A DNA stretch of 64,000 nt, from the IMG/VR virus record IMGVR_UViG_3300019776_000213, positions 15,767 through 79,766 of that record; one strand, written 5' to 3'. Each line of letters starts with the position of its first letter. Position 1 is the first letter of the stretch. This document shows positions 20,005-30,482 of this stretch, in pieces. The position numbers and the translations under genes are program-made. The notes beneath the pieces are model-generated. The model was not told where the DNA came from. It saw only the letters and a list, made by a program, of their open reading frames with translations, and ran no database searches. The stretch comes from a virus.

Positions 20005-23000
20005 TTAAGCTGTTGGTAGAGATGTAGTAACCCAGATACCAGCTCCAAAATCATTTCTGGTAAGTACTTTAGCAGTCTTATCAGTAGAAGTGGCAATAGC
20101 TTGTTGCTGTGCATTACTTTCTGTACGCATTTTACTTACCTCCTCTTTCAATGATTTTATTTCTGTTATAAGTTCTGCATTATTTTTTCCAGTGTATGCT
20201 GCTGGAACAATCTCTTCACCTGCGTGAATCTGTGCTATCATGTCTTTAGGCACACTGTCTGTACCAACATCAAAGCTTGGTAAAGTTACGCCATAGTTTG
20301 TAGAGTAGCCAGTTGCAGTTTGAGCCAAGCTATTAGCTGTCATCGAGCGAATATAAGCTAATTCTTCTGCTGTTCTTGCATTCTTCTCTGCTAAAGTTAA
20401 CAATGCTTGAGATAATGAAGGAAGCAATTTAGCAGCTTCTTGGTCACCCGATCTGGCTTGAGCAGTTGCAATAGCAAACTTTGACTGAGCTTCTGCAAAC
20501 CCCATCCCAGATGCTTCATCTACTAATCCACGAATGCGTTTTACTTCGTCCATGATTGTGTTAGTGATAGACTGCCATGCATCTTTTACAGCTTTAGCAG
20601 CCTGAGCAGCTTGGTCAGCGGCTTGTTGTGCAGCCTGAGCAGCAGCTTGATCTGCTTGAGCTTTTGCAGCAGCCGCAGCTTGTTCATCTTGTAATGCCCA
20701 AATACGCTTTTGCAACTCTTGGTTAGAAGGGTCTAACTTATCAAGCTCGCGTTGACGGAGTTCATCAGTCTTACCTTGCAACTGTAACAACTGAGTCTCT
20801 AACCCATAACGTTCATCAGCAGCAGCTTTCAATCTTGCTGTAGAAGCATCCATTGCAGACTTCTCATCTTGCAAAGCATACAATCTTCTCAATAAGGCTT
20901 GTGTACTAGCATCAGCACCTTCAAGTTCTTTGGCGCGTATCTGTTCTGTTGTCATATCAGACTTCAGAAGTGCATCAATTTGATCTTGAATTCCTTTGTT
21001 AGTGGTTGCTAATGCTTCTGCAAGAGCTGTTGCACTATTAGCGCTAGAATTACTATAGTCTGCCACTTGTTTGAATGTAGGAGCTAATAGCATCAAAGCT
21101 GCATACATTGCTCTACCAGAGTCAGTAGAAAGATCAATACCTTGAACTAACTTCTTATAATCGTCAATTGTATTGATATTTGTGATATGATACTGGTCAA
21201 ATATTTTGGCAACTTGATCCTGTGAAGGTTTAATCTTCTCTGCTTCTGATAAGAAGTTTTGAGCAAAATAAGCTGACTGAGAGATGAAAGCCTCTAACCC
21301 ACCAGATGCTTGTACTAAGGCATCCTTCATCTGCACAAGTTGTTCAGTAGTATAATTAACAAACTGAGAAAAAGCCGCATCAGCAGTTTGAAATACTTGC
21401 ATCATACCAGTGCTGAAAGTTAATCCAAAATTCTTAACAGCAGCATCAACAGTAGTAACTTCAACAGCTAAACGTGTCAATGTTTCAGCAGCAGATTCAT
21501 TCTCTTTAGCCAACCCTGCATAAGAGCCAATAATAGATGTTGCCATCTTATTACCAATATCTTTAAACATATTTGAGATATTGGTATTAGTTTCATCAGC
21601 AGTTTTACCAATTGCAAATGACATTTCATCATTACGTTTTGAAATATCGTCAGCATTGATTCCAAGAATCTTAGCATAATCTTGTGTAGACGTTTTTAAA
21701 GCTGCATAACTATCGTTCAAAGCTTTCAACAAAGCTTTATCACTTGTAAGGCTTGCTGTGTCTGTATAACCAACACCATCAGCCATTGCAACAGAGTTTG
21801 CTAAGTTATAAGACCATGTACCAGACCGATCACTTCTGAACATACCACCTTGTTGACTCCAGTTAACATTTCTGTTAATATTTTCAGTACCAAGAGTGCC
21901 AGATACATTAGAGCCAGTAATTTGCTTCTCGCCCATGCTGAAACCAGATTTCAGTACACTATAAACAGCATAGGCTGCTGCAATGTACGGTACAGCTTGT
22001 AACACAGGGGCTAACGCACTACCTATTTGCATACCAACTGTTGATCCAAGCCCAGACCCTACACCAGCACCATTAATACCACCGCCAACAGATGCTAAGA
22101 AATCTGAGCCAATCTTTGTACCTATGCTACCTAATGAGGAACCAATCTGACCTGCAAAGTTAGTACCCAGATTCATAAAACTAGAGAACAAATTTCCAAC
22201 ACCACTAACCATACTAGAACCAGTACTAGCAGCATTTACACCAGATGCAGAAGCTGCTAATGGATTCAATAGACTAGCTCCCATAGCAGCAATAGGTTGA
22301 ATGATCGGACTAAGAACAAGTCTAGCAAACCATTCTTTCATGTCTTTGATAAGTTTCTTAACAAAGCTTGTACCATTGGAAGATAATGCTTCGTATAAGC
22401 CATCACCAATTTTCTTGTTAGCGGCTTGCCAATCTGCTTCGTACTTTTTAGCAGCTTTATCTGTCTCTGCTTGCTCATTCAGTTGCTGACGGAACTTTAC
22501 TGTACGTTGCAACTGTTCGATGAGTTGAGCATTTAATACTAACTCTTTTTCTTTGTTAGCTTGGACTGAAAGTAACTCTTGTTCTTCTAAAGCGTATTGA
22601 AGATTAACTTCTTCTTTAGATTTAGCTAACTTGCCATGATTCTTAATAGCTTGCTCTAATACGTCTGCTTCTTTTGTAGCAGTATCTAAAGCTTTCTCTC
22701 TTGAAGAAATATCTTCTTGAGTTGCTTTTAGTTCATCTTTCTTGGCATTATAAAGTTTTTCAATAGCAATTGTTTCTTGTGTAGTTGCTATTGCACTTCT
22801 AATAATAGCTTCTTCTTGCTTTAATTGAACAAGTGTTCCTTTTTTAGTTGATTCTGCTCTACGAGAGATATTTACTTCTAACTCTTGTTCAAGCTTAACA
22901 AGTTGCTTTTCACCAGCAGTGCGTTTATCATCTAAACCAGTTTTACTTATTTGCTCATAAGCTTGTTGAATCTCTTTAAGTGCTGCTAAAGCTTTCTGAT

Positions 23001-25323
23001 CGTAATCAAGAGAAGTTTTCTTGAAAGTATTAGTCTCAGTATATTTCTCTTTGATCTTTGCAACTGCTTTTTCATAATCTGTTGCACTCAGCTTTGCTTT
23101 GTCAAGACCTTCAATTTCATCTTTCATCAAAGCTGCATCATCAAACTTTAATTTCTTATTAAGCTCTGCACGATATTTAATGGACTCATTTTCTTTATTC
23201 TTTAAGTCAATTAATCCTTGTACTGCATTTGCTTGTGCTACTTGTTGTTCTAAAAATGCTTTATCTGTTTTATTTCTACTGATGCTTAATTCCATAGACT
23301 CGATAATAGCGGTCTTACCTTTCTTTTCAAGACCTTCTCGCATTTTACTTAATTCTTGTTCTCCGGCAATAATAGACTTATTCAATTCCTCTATTCTTGT
23401 CTTTTCTTTAGCATATTTTTCTTCACCTGAGTCCACGGCTTTAGCTTGATTTACTTTATAAATAGTTTCAAGTTGCTTTGTAAGTTCCCTGTTAACTCTG
23501 GCAATATTGCCTACTTCAGTTTCTGCATACTCAGTAGTTTTCTTAACTGCATCACCACCAGCTATTTTGTAGTCAATCCAAGCTGCCGTTGCATATCCAA
23601 TCGCACCACCAATAGCAAGTAAAGCTGGAATTACTGCTGCTAAAGATAAAGCTGTCAATGCTGTTCCTGCTACCGCTATAGCTGCTGCCAGCGCATCAAA
23701 AGCTATAGCTGATTTAACAAGCCACTCTGCTAAATTTATTGCAATCATAGAACCTATCAAAATTGATATTGGCTTTAAGTTGTCATAAATAGCTATGAAG
23801 GTTTTAATTAATATTTCTGCAATTCTTGGAAGGGATTGCTCAATGCTGGTTACTGTTTCTGCCAACTTCTCATTAAGTCCTGTACTCTTAGACATCTCAC
23901 CAATTGCTTTGTACCAAGCATTTTTAAGACGTTGCATAGCACCATCAACAGTGAGTGGGAGGCTTTCAAAATCCTGTCTCCACTTAGGAAGGGCATTAGC
24001 CATAGCATCAGATAATAACTGAGCACCAATCTTGCCTTCTGACCCCATTTTCTTCAGGGTTTTAGTAGTATTTTCACCCCACTTACCAGTTCTTCTCAGT
24101 TCATCTTCAATAGCTCGAAGAATCATTGGCGCGCCTTCGGCTACAGCATTAAACTCTTGACCTTGTAGCTTTCCAGAGTTCATAGACTGAGAGAATTGAA
24201 GCATAACAGAAGAAGCTTCTTGTGCAGTTGCACCAGAGAGTTTCAAGGCTAAGCCCATTCCTTCTACCATTCCCATAGTATCTTGAGATGACTTACCAAG
24301 CTGTTGCAAAGGAACCGACATCCTTATGTATAACTTGGATGCATCTTCAAGTGGAATACGAAGCTTTTGAGCTAAATCATATAATCCAGACTGAGTACGT
24401 ATAGCTTCTTGAGAAGACCCTGTAGCAATTTTTAATTTAGATTGCATCATCTGCCAAGCATCGCCTTGCTCAATGATGCCTTTAGCCATGTTCACACCAA
24501 TATAAGCGGATGCAGCTACAGCCATAGACTTCAGAGTATTATTCCAGATGGAACCATGACCATTCATATTCTTAATGGTCTCTGTAGCTTCTTGGTGAGC
24601 CTTATTAGCGTCTTTTACTTTTGCTGTATACTGCTCATAATCTCTCTTCTGCTGGATAAGATTTCTCTTATCTTCTTCTGCTTTCATTGCTTTATTCATA
24701 GCAATTGCTTCAGCTTGAGTTCTTGCATAGTCTTTTGCAGAGGCATTGTAAGAATCCATTTGCTGTTTCTGAGCATTGAGATTTCTTCTATTTTCTTCAG
24801 CTATGAGAGCTTTATTCATGGAGATAGCTTCAGCTTGAACACGAGCATATTCTTTCATAGCTGCGTTATAAGCTTCTTGTTTTTGCTTCTCTGCCAATAA
24901 ATTTCTTCTAGCTTCTTCTGCTATTAAAGCCTTATTTATAGCAAGTGCTTCTTGATGAGCCTTAGTATATTCTTTAGCAGAAGCATTATAAGCATCAATA
25001 TCTCGCTTTTGTTGCAGAAGGTTCCTTCGGTCTTCCTCAGCAATGAGTGCCTTATTAATGCTTATTGCTTCAGTATGAGCTTGTACATATTGTTTAACAG
25101 CTACGTTGTAAAGTTCTGTGTCACGCTTTTGTTGAATAATAGCTTGCTTATCGGCATCGTTAATAAGCTTTGTGTTACTAGCAGTATTAGCTGTAGCTAT
25201 AAAAGACTTAGTTTCTTTATCGACACTCTTAGCTGCTTCCGCTAAGTCTTTTAAGTCGCCAGTAGCTTTTGTAATACCTTCCGACTTAATTTGAATTGCC
25301 AAGCTGGAAATGTCGATTGCCAT
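20005..25323 (-). CDS. tail tape measure protein
   Basis: 1772 aa, Ala-rich helical, tape_meas motif (SGATAQEASSVMLQFSQ..GKLQGQEFNAVAE). Confidence 0.95.
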   Translation of the reverse strand: MAIDISSLAIQIKSEGITKATGDLKDLAEAAKSVDKETKSFIATANTASNTKLINDADKQAIIQQKRDTELYNVAVKQYVQAHTEAISINKALIAEEDRRNLLQQKRDIDAYNASAKEYTKAHQEALAINKALIAEEARRNLLAEKQKQEAYNAAMKEYARVQAEAISMNKALIAEENRRNLNAQKQQMDSYNASAKDYARTQAEAIAMNKAMKAEEDKRNLIQQKRDYEQYTAKVKDANKAHQEATETIKNMNGHGSIWNNTLKSMAVAASAYIGVNMAKGIIEQGDAWQMMQSKLKIATGSSQEAIRTQSGLYDLAQKLRIPLEDASKLYIRMSVPLQQLGKSSQDTMGMVEGMGLALKLSGATAQEASSVMLQFSQSMNSGKLQGQEFNAVAEGAPMILRAIEDELRRTGKWGENTTKTLKKMGSEGKIGAQLLSDAMANALPKWRQDFESLPLTVDGAMQRLKNAWYKAIGEMSKSTGLNEKLAETVTSIEQSLPRIAEILIKTFIAIYDNLKPISILIGSMIAINLAEWLVKSAIAFDALAAAIAVAGTALTALSLAAVIPALLAIGGAIGYATAAWIDYKIAGGDAVKKTTEYAETEVGNIARVNRELTKQLETIYKVNQAKAVDSGEEKYAKEKTRIEELNKSIIAGEQELSKMREGLEKKGKTAIIESMELSISRNKTDKAFLEQQVAQANAVQGLIDLKNKENESIKYRAELNKKLKFDDAALMKDEIEGLDKAKLSATDYEKAVAKIKEKYTETNTFKKTSLDYDQKALAALKEIQQAYEQISKTGLDDKRTAGEKQLVKLEQELEVNISRRAESTKKGTLVQLKQEEAIIRSAIATTQETIAIEKLYNAKKDELKATQEDISSREKALDTATKEADVLEQAIKNHGKLAKSKEEVNLQYALEEQELLSVQANKEKELVLNAQLIEQLQRTVKFRQQLNEQAETDKAAKKYEADWQAANKKIGDGLYEALSSNGTSFVKKLIKDMKEWFARLVLSPIIQPIAAMGASLLNPLAASASGVNAASTGSSMVSGVGNLFSSFMNLGTNFAGQIGSSLGSIGTKIGSDFLASVGGGINGAGVGSGLGSTVGMQIGSALAPVLQAVPYIAAAYAVYSVLKSGFSMGEKQITGSNVSGTLGTENINRNVNWSQQGGMFRSDRSGTWSYNLANSVAMADGVGYTDTASLTSDKALLKALNDSYAALKTSTQDYAKILGINADDISKRNDEMSFAIGKTADETNTNISNMFKDIGNKMATSIIGSYAGLAKENESAAETLTRLAVEVTTVDAAVKNFGLTFSTGMMQVFQTADAAFSQFVNYTTEQLVQMKDALVQASGGLEAFISQSAYFAQNFLSEAEKIKPSQDQVAKIFDQYHITNINTIDDYKKLVQGIDLSTDSGRAMYAALMLLAPTFKQVADYSNSSANSATALAEALATTNKGIQDQIDALLKSDMTTEQIRAKELEGADASTQALLRRLYALQDEKSAMDASTARLKAAADERYGLETQLLQLQGKTDELRQRELDKLDPSNQELQKRIWALQDEQAAAAAKAQADQAAAQAAQQAADQAAQAAKAVKDAWQSITNTIMDEVKRIRGLVDEASGMGFAEAQSKFAIATAQARSGDQEAAKLLPSLSQALLTLAEKNARTAEELAYIRSMTANSLAQTATGYSTNYGVTLPSFDVGTDSVPKDMIAQIHAGEEIVPAAYTGKNNAELITEIKSLKEEVSKMRTESNAQQQAIATSTDKTAKVLTRNDFGAGIWVTTSLPTA
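24565..25134 (-). repeat. about five tandem 40-aa (120-bp) repeats in the tape measure N-terminus
   Basis: QQKRD..YN..K.Y..AH.EA..INKALIAEE.RRNL units. Confidence 0.85.
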
Positions 25324-25335
25324 ATTATTCCTTTA

Positions 25336-26195
25336 TTAATCTTCTTCGCCAAGCTTATCAAAAAGCTTATTCATTTGTTCTTGTACTTTAAGGCGTTGCT
25401 GTTCTTTTTCATCAGCAATAGCTCTTGTGATTGGGTCAAGTACATTAACTTCTTCATTTGCACTTAATCTCTCATTAACATAAGCCTTGCTCATATTCAT
25501 TATCTGAGAAACTTCCCACACATCTAATTCTCTTTGTGTTGCTGTTGTCCAAGCGGTTATCTCGCTCCAAGACAACGGTATTACTCCATTCATATTACTT
25601 CCACAAATCCCTGCCTCATAAAACAAAAGAACTAGATACTCAGCAGTTACTTGTGGTAAATTGAGTTCTAGTTCTTGACCTTCTTTTTGTTTTAATTGTG
25701 CGAGCCTACTCTTCTTAGCATCTTTAGGAGTACTGTGATACCATCCTAATTGACTTGCAAATAGAGTAAGCTCTTGAGACAGGGTTAGAAAAAATTTGAA
25801 TCGTTTTCTACTGCTGCTTTTACTTGTTCAAACAACCAGTAAAAGTCTGGATCAGAATATAACTCAAACAGAGCTTCTGGAGTATTAACATCATTGCCTT
25901 CATAGACCATATCAATACGGTCTGTACAAGCAACTGCAAAATCAACATCATCTTTGCGAAGTTTTCCTACCGTCAATTCCGGAGGTGCAATCTTCTTTGA
26001 CAACTTCTGTTGATCAAGAACACTCTTCAAGCGACTATCATTGAAGTCGCGGTATTGCTTAGATGCCTTACCAAACAAATAAACATTAACTACTTTACCT
26101 TGATCATCTACCAAGTCTTCACCTGTTGTAGGGTGTTTAATAGCGACAGGTACTGAATTTGTTTTAGCTTTTAATTTTGAGATATCGAATGACAT
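25336..26195 (-). CDS. tail assembly chaperone pair (G/GT type) joined by a -1 programmed frameshift
   Basis: ORF 25785..26195 ends on T_TTT_TTC (25794-25788); the -1 frame is open and continuous with 25336..25626. Confidence 0.85.
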
Positions 26196-26290
26196 GTTAT
26201 TTCCTTTATGTTAGAATACCTATCTTTGTAGGTTATTTCTATTATTAAAATTAAGAGGGAGAATTAACTCCCTCCATAAGAACTACTTAG

Positions 26291-26743
26291 TTAAGGTGCA
26301 GGTACAAATACAATCTTGGAGTCAATTTCCAACTGGGCAGAACCAGCATGGATACTGTCAGAGTTGCCAATCTTGTCATGCAAGCTCATGATTTTGCATG
26401 TAAAATACTTAGTAGAGCCATTTTGATTGATGATGCGGAAAGCCCAAGAATCATCAGAAGCTGATGCTGTTGACAATTGAATCTGACCAGCAGAGGTATC
26501 AACAATAGCGAAATCCATAGAGATAGAACCTTGATCCAAGGAACCACGGAATTTCTTTTTAATACGTGTTGCCAAAGGCAAATGTTCAATTTTATTGTAA
26601 GTAGCACCAAAGTCACCAATGGATGTCACTTCATCAATGATAACGTAAGTTTTAGCGCTAAAACCAGCAGCATCTTCAGTTGCTACGCCGGATGTTGTTG
26701 CAATAGATATACTTGAACCAGCAGAAGAGTTAATAGTTGCCAT
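26291..26743 (-). CDS. major tail tube protein
   Basis: IDEVTSIGDFG..KKFRGSLDQG..GQIQL motif; position before the chaperones. Confidence 0.85.
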   Translation of the reverse strand: MATINSSAGSSISIATTSGVATEDAAGFSAKTYVIIDEVTSIGDFGATYNKIEHLPLATRIKKKFRGSLDQGSISMDFAIVDTSAGQIQLSTASASDDSWAFRIINQNGSTKYFTCKIMSLHDKIGNSDSIHAGSAQLEIDSKIVFVPAP

Positions 26744-26758
26744 TTCTTATTTCCTTTA

Positions 26759-27112
26759 TTATTTAAATACTGTAACTTTTAAACCTGCTGCGCCAGACAA
26801 TGTTACAGTGCCATTACCTGCCAAGTATGCAGAAATCTTATCTAAGTTTACAAACTTGCAAACACCTGCTGCCAGAGTCACTGACAAACCTGCTGACAAA
26901 TCCATAGTAGTGCCTGTAGCTGGAACAACATAAGCTGCACTAGGAGCAGAACCTTTGATAACTACTGTCAAGCTACCTGCTGTTTGATTATCCAATTCAA
27001 CAAACTGATTAGCACCTGATACATAAGTCAGCGTATCAGAAGCTGTAGCAACATTTACAGTTGCTGTACCAACACCATTAATAGTGGTGTCTGTAGATGT
27101 TAAGACTGCCAT
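26759..27112 (-). CDS. small beta-rich virion protein
   Basis: Thr/Ala/Val rich; between tail terminator and tail tube. Confidence 0.6.
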   Translation of the reverse strand: MAVLTSTDTTINGVGTATVNVATASDTLTYVSGANQFVELDNQTAGSLTVVIKGSAPSAAYVVPATGTTMDLSAGLSVTLAAGVCKFVNLDKISAYLAGNGTVTLSGAAGLKVTVFK

Positions 27113-27156
27113 TTATATTTCCTTTTAATTAATGCCTTACGGCTAGAATGGTAAAA

Positions 27157-27561
27157 TTATGATCCACTTTCATATCTATACCTGAAACGTATTGGAGTCA
27201 CACCCCATTGCGCATCAGAAAGCGGGCTTTGTATTGTTCCGGTGGATTCAATACTCACCTTCCCAGTTTTAGGAAATACTGGAAACCACTCAATCAAGCT
27301 TTGAGCAATCGTCTCAGCTTCTTTCGTACCGTTACCATCTTTGTTGTAGATGTTTATCTGCATCGTTCCGTACATAGCGTAACGAACACCATTGATATTT
27401 TTGTTGACACTCGCAGAAGGAATGAGATATATTTCTAAGAATGTATTGTTGGGTTTAGTGAAAGGAACACCTTCAAAAGCTATAGGATATTTATCTCCTT
27501 GTGTAGCATTCCAATCTCTTAGTTTTTGCTCTAGTTCAAGGCGTATAACTCGTTGACTCAT
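27157..27561 (-). CDS. tail terminator (DUF4128-like)
   Basis: IAFEGVPF..GTMQINIY..GxG motif; position. Confidence 0.75.
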   Translation of the reverse strand: MSQRVIRLELEQKLRDWNATQGDKYPIAFEGVPFTKPNNTFLEIYLIPSASVNKNINGVRYAMYGTMQINIYNKDGNGTKEAETIAQSLIEWFPVFPKTGKVSIESTGTIQSPLSDAQWGVTPIRFRYRYESGS

Positions 27562-27574
27562 GTATTATATTCCT

Positions 27575-28003
27575 TTATAATTTAGCTTTAGCATTTGTCA
27601 TTGCTTTTGCAACCATGCCGTAAGGAGCTGCATTTCTCCACCGAGGATCGTCAGTTGTTTTCCAACCAAGCATCTCAGCACGATAGGCATAAGATATATT
27701 ATTGGTTAGAGTGACATCACCATCTTTGCGGAAAAAGTATTTAGCATTGACAAGACTATTAATACGGTCTAAGCTGTTAAAGCCGTAGTCATCTTTAGAG
27801 TCACCAGACTCGGATGAAAAGCCATTATTAGATGGATACCAATTATTGACAAGAACACCATCTGCATAAGGGGAGCCTTTAGCAGGGCTAGGAGTTCCAT
27901 GCACAACATCTCTGAAAGTTTCAACTGCAAGTGTTGTTAACTTGGTATCAACTTCTGTAAGCAAGGCTTCTGTATTTTTTAATATTTGTTCGTAGAAGTC
28001 CAT
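27575..28003 (-). CDS. neck / tail-completion protein (HK97 gp10-like)
   Basis: TP..G.LVNNW..LTNNISYAYRAE.LGW..APYGMV. Confidence 0.7.
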   Translation of the reverse strand: MDFYEQILKNTEALLTEVDTKLTTLAVETFRDVVHGTPSPAKGSPYADGVLVNNWYPSNNGFSSESGDSKDDYGFNSLDRINSLVNAKYFFRKDGDVTLTNNISYAYRAEMLGWKTTDDPRWRNAAPYGMVAKAMTNAKAKL

Positions 28004-28068
28004 GCTTATTATCTTTCAATGCGTGATTATATCAGAAATTTCTTATATGTCAATATGTTTATGATGTT

Positions 28069-29244
28069 TTATGCTACTCGTTTATATAATGTTGTATATC
28101 CATAGCCACTATCAAGTTGTTTCCAGTTATCAATGATATAAACTGGTATAGATAATGTAGAAGTGGTTGAAGATACTGTCTCAGCATTTGTAACAAGATA
28201 ACCATTTGTTGATGTAAATGCTGGAGCACTTCCTACATTAACTGTTGCACCAAGGTTAAAGGTTGGTACGTTGTCAGTTCCTGTAAAGGTATATAGGCTT
28301 GCAGAAGTGTTGGTGTATAGAACACAAGAGCCATTAATGACAACTTTAGAACCTGTAGTATCTAATCCTGCAACTGGAAACGAAGCTCCATATTTCAATG
28401 TGACAGCTACACTAAAATTTACGGCATTATCTATGCTGACTTTATAACTAGTGCCATTTAAGCAATAGAGATTAGTACCATCAGAGTATATCCAATTCCC
28501 AAAGTTTGCAGAGCCATTTTGTAATGCCCAAGTAGCGCCATCAGACGTTACATAAATGAAACCATCAGTTCCTAGTGCGTAAAATGACGTTGTAGGAGCA
28601 TGATAAGTAATATCTTGGAAATGTATTGGAGTTGCTACTTCTACCCAACTATTCGCATTAGACGTTACATAAGCCACAGGAGAGTTTGATACAGTTGCCA
28701 TTGTGACAGCAATACCTTTACCATTTCCTTCTGTGTATTGCATTCTTGCTATACTACTTGGTTGTGTGGTGTGAGTACCAGATATGAACCATCCAATACC
28801 TGTATTAGATACCCATCTTCCATTTGTTCCAAAAGCTATGTATTTAGAAAATAGCTTAGAATAAAACATTGAATCTGGTTTAGACCAAGTACCACTGTTA
28901 GTAGCATTACCTGCTGCAACAATTGTTACACCGCCGTCATCTGAGTATGAGAATACATTACCAGTTGTTCCTACTATGCGACTTGCAAAGTTTCCAGTTT
29001 TCCAAATTGTGTCTGGGCTAGAGCTTAATACGCTAGTTGTAGGATAGCTTGCAATAGCTGTAGCAGAAGATGGATACACTGCTGCTAAAGTGACTACACC
29101 AGTTTTAAGATACTTGTACGTACCTTCTGTAAGCATTGGTTGACCGTACAATGACCCTATGATAAAAGAATCAATGGGTGTAGGAGCTGAGCCGGTGTTG
29201 CCAACTCCGCCAGAAGAAACTTGCTGCGGGTATACATTTATCAT
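28069..29244 (-). CDS. second fibre-like beta-propeller protein
   Basis: SDDGG, TSDGATW and SIDNA repeats; shares termini motifs with 17148..18422. Confidence 0.65.
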   Translation of the reverse strand: MINVYPQQVSSGGVGNTGSAPTPIDSFIIGSLYGQPMLTEGTYKYLKTGVVTLAAVYPSSATAIASYPTTSVLSSSPDTIWKTGNFASRIVGTTGNVFSYSDDGGVTIVAAGNATNSGTWSKPDSMFYSKLFSKYIAFGTNGRWVSNTGIGWFISGTHTTQPSSIARMQYTEGNGKGIAVTMATVSNSPVAYVTSNANSWVEVATPIHFQDITYHAPTTSFYALGTDGFIYVTSDGATWALQNGSANFGNWIYSDGTNLYCLNGTSYKVSIDNAVNFSVAVTLKYGASFPVAGLDTTGSKVVINGSCVLYTNTSASLYTFTGTDNVPTFNLGATVNVGSAPAFTSTNGYLVTNAETVSSTTSTLSIPVYIIDNWKQLDSGYGYTTLYKRVA

Positions 29245-29252
29245 GTTTATCC

Positions 29253-29522
29253 TTATTCTTGCACAAGCACAGAGCCATCTTTGTCATTTAAAGAGTGCGC
29301 CCATAATCCTGAAGCTCCTGCATCTACATATACGGTGGAGAGTGCAACTACTGGCATTCCAAAGGTAGAGTCTGTAGGAGTTGTAGCTTTGATAGCTAGT
29401 GTGATTGGCACAGTTCCTTTATTGGTTACTGCAACCTTAGTACCTACTACAATAGAGCTTGCAGCATATAAGTCGATCCAAGTTTGTTTAGGAAGTATGA
29501 TGTCGCTCTTTGTATCTGCCAT
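29253..29522 (-). CDS. small virion protein, probable anchor for the following fibre
   Basis: MADT..WIDLYAASSIVVGT..VTNKG; cotranscribed with 28069..29244. Confidence 0.55.
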   Translation of the reverse strand: MADTKSDIILPKQTWIDLYAASSIVVGTKVAVTNKGTVPITLAIKATTPTDSTFGMPVVALSTVYVDAGASGLWAHSLNDKDGSVLVQE

Positions 29523-29573
29523 GTATTTATCGCCTTAATTCTATTATTGTATAAACGTATAACTATTTGTAGA

Positions 29574-29966
29574 CTAGCGTCTGAGGTGCAACTCGTACAG
29601 TACGTTATTCGTACCAGAAGGATTAACTTCCTTCATGTTCATTATCTTATATTCTGTGTTGCCAACCTGAATCTTATCTATATTAGCTTTTACTTCTGGC
29701 GGAACTAAGCCTGAGCCAGTCTTCTCAATAGGCTGCATGAAACATTGCTTGTCACCAGCTAAGATAAGAGTGTTAAATTCTTGTTTCTCACCAGCACCCA
29801 TTTGTGGGTACTCTGTGAGCAATACTTTTACATCAAACAGGAACTCATCAACAATGTTTTCACCATCTATATAAGTTCCATCTGAGTAAGTCTTTAAAGT
29901 AGCTAGTCCACCAAACATGGACATCATATTAGCTACCACACCGTCAAAGGGAGATAGATAACTCAT
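29574..29966 (-). CDS. head-closure protein
   Basis: TLILAGDKQ..VNPSG..LYELHLRR; position. Confidence 0.7.
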   Translation of the reverse strand: MSYLSPFDGVVANMMSMFGGLATLKTYSDGTYIDGENIVDEFLFDVKVLLTEYPQMGAGEKQEFNTLILAGDKQCFMQPIEKTGSGLVPPEVKANIDKIQVGNTEYKIMNMKEVNPSGTNNVLYELHLRR

Positions 29967-29968
29967 TG

Positions 29969-30385
29969 TTATACTCCGTCAGTGCCAGCAATGATAGCAA
30001 GTACTTCATCAGCAGTAAGACCTGCCCATGCACCTTCCCAATTATCTTTGAATGTAACAATAGGATTGACAGTGTTAGTCCCAGCGCCGTAGGGGATTGG
30101 AGACACATCTGACATATTTGGATTCAACATTATATTTTTAATGTAATCCATGTAGTTCTTATAACCTTCACTGCCCCAAATTTCGATGAAAGAAAGGCGC
30201 TGGTGGGAGCGTTGAGATAAGATAGCTGCAATGTACCCTGCACAAACTTTAGCAGACCTATTGATATTATTGTCGTTATCTGTTAAAGTTTGGTTCAATA
30301 CAGCATCGGAAAGCAATGTTATGTCATTTACATCTCCAATTTTTAACCTAAGCTTACCTACGTTTGTTGTTGGATCAATGACCAT
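29969..30385 (-). CDS. head-tail adaptor
   Basis: DPTTNVGKLRLKIGD; first gene after the capsid; ATG after AAGGA. Confidence 0.7.
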   Translation of the reverse strand: MVIDPTTNVGKLRLKIGDVNDITLLSDAVLNQTLTDNDNNINRSAKVCAGYIAAILSQRSHQRLSFIEIWGSEGYKNYMDYIKNIMLNPNMSDVSPIPYGAGTNTVNPIVTFKDNWEGAWAGLTADEVLAIIAGTDGV

Positions 30386-30482
30386 TGTGTTATCCTTGTG
30401 ATTAATTATAAATCTCCTCATTAAAGTAACCTCTTACTTTATGTAAAAAGTTACTTTGTCAAGAGACTATTTTATATTACTT

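Noticed and set aside
17148-29244. Diversity-generating retroelement or invertible fibre cassette
   Set aside because: No reverse transcriptase, template repeat or flanking inverted sites were seen; the two fibres are co-oriented and highly diverged.
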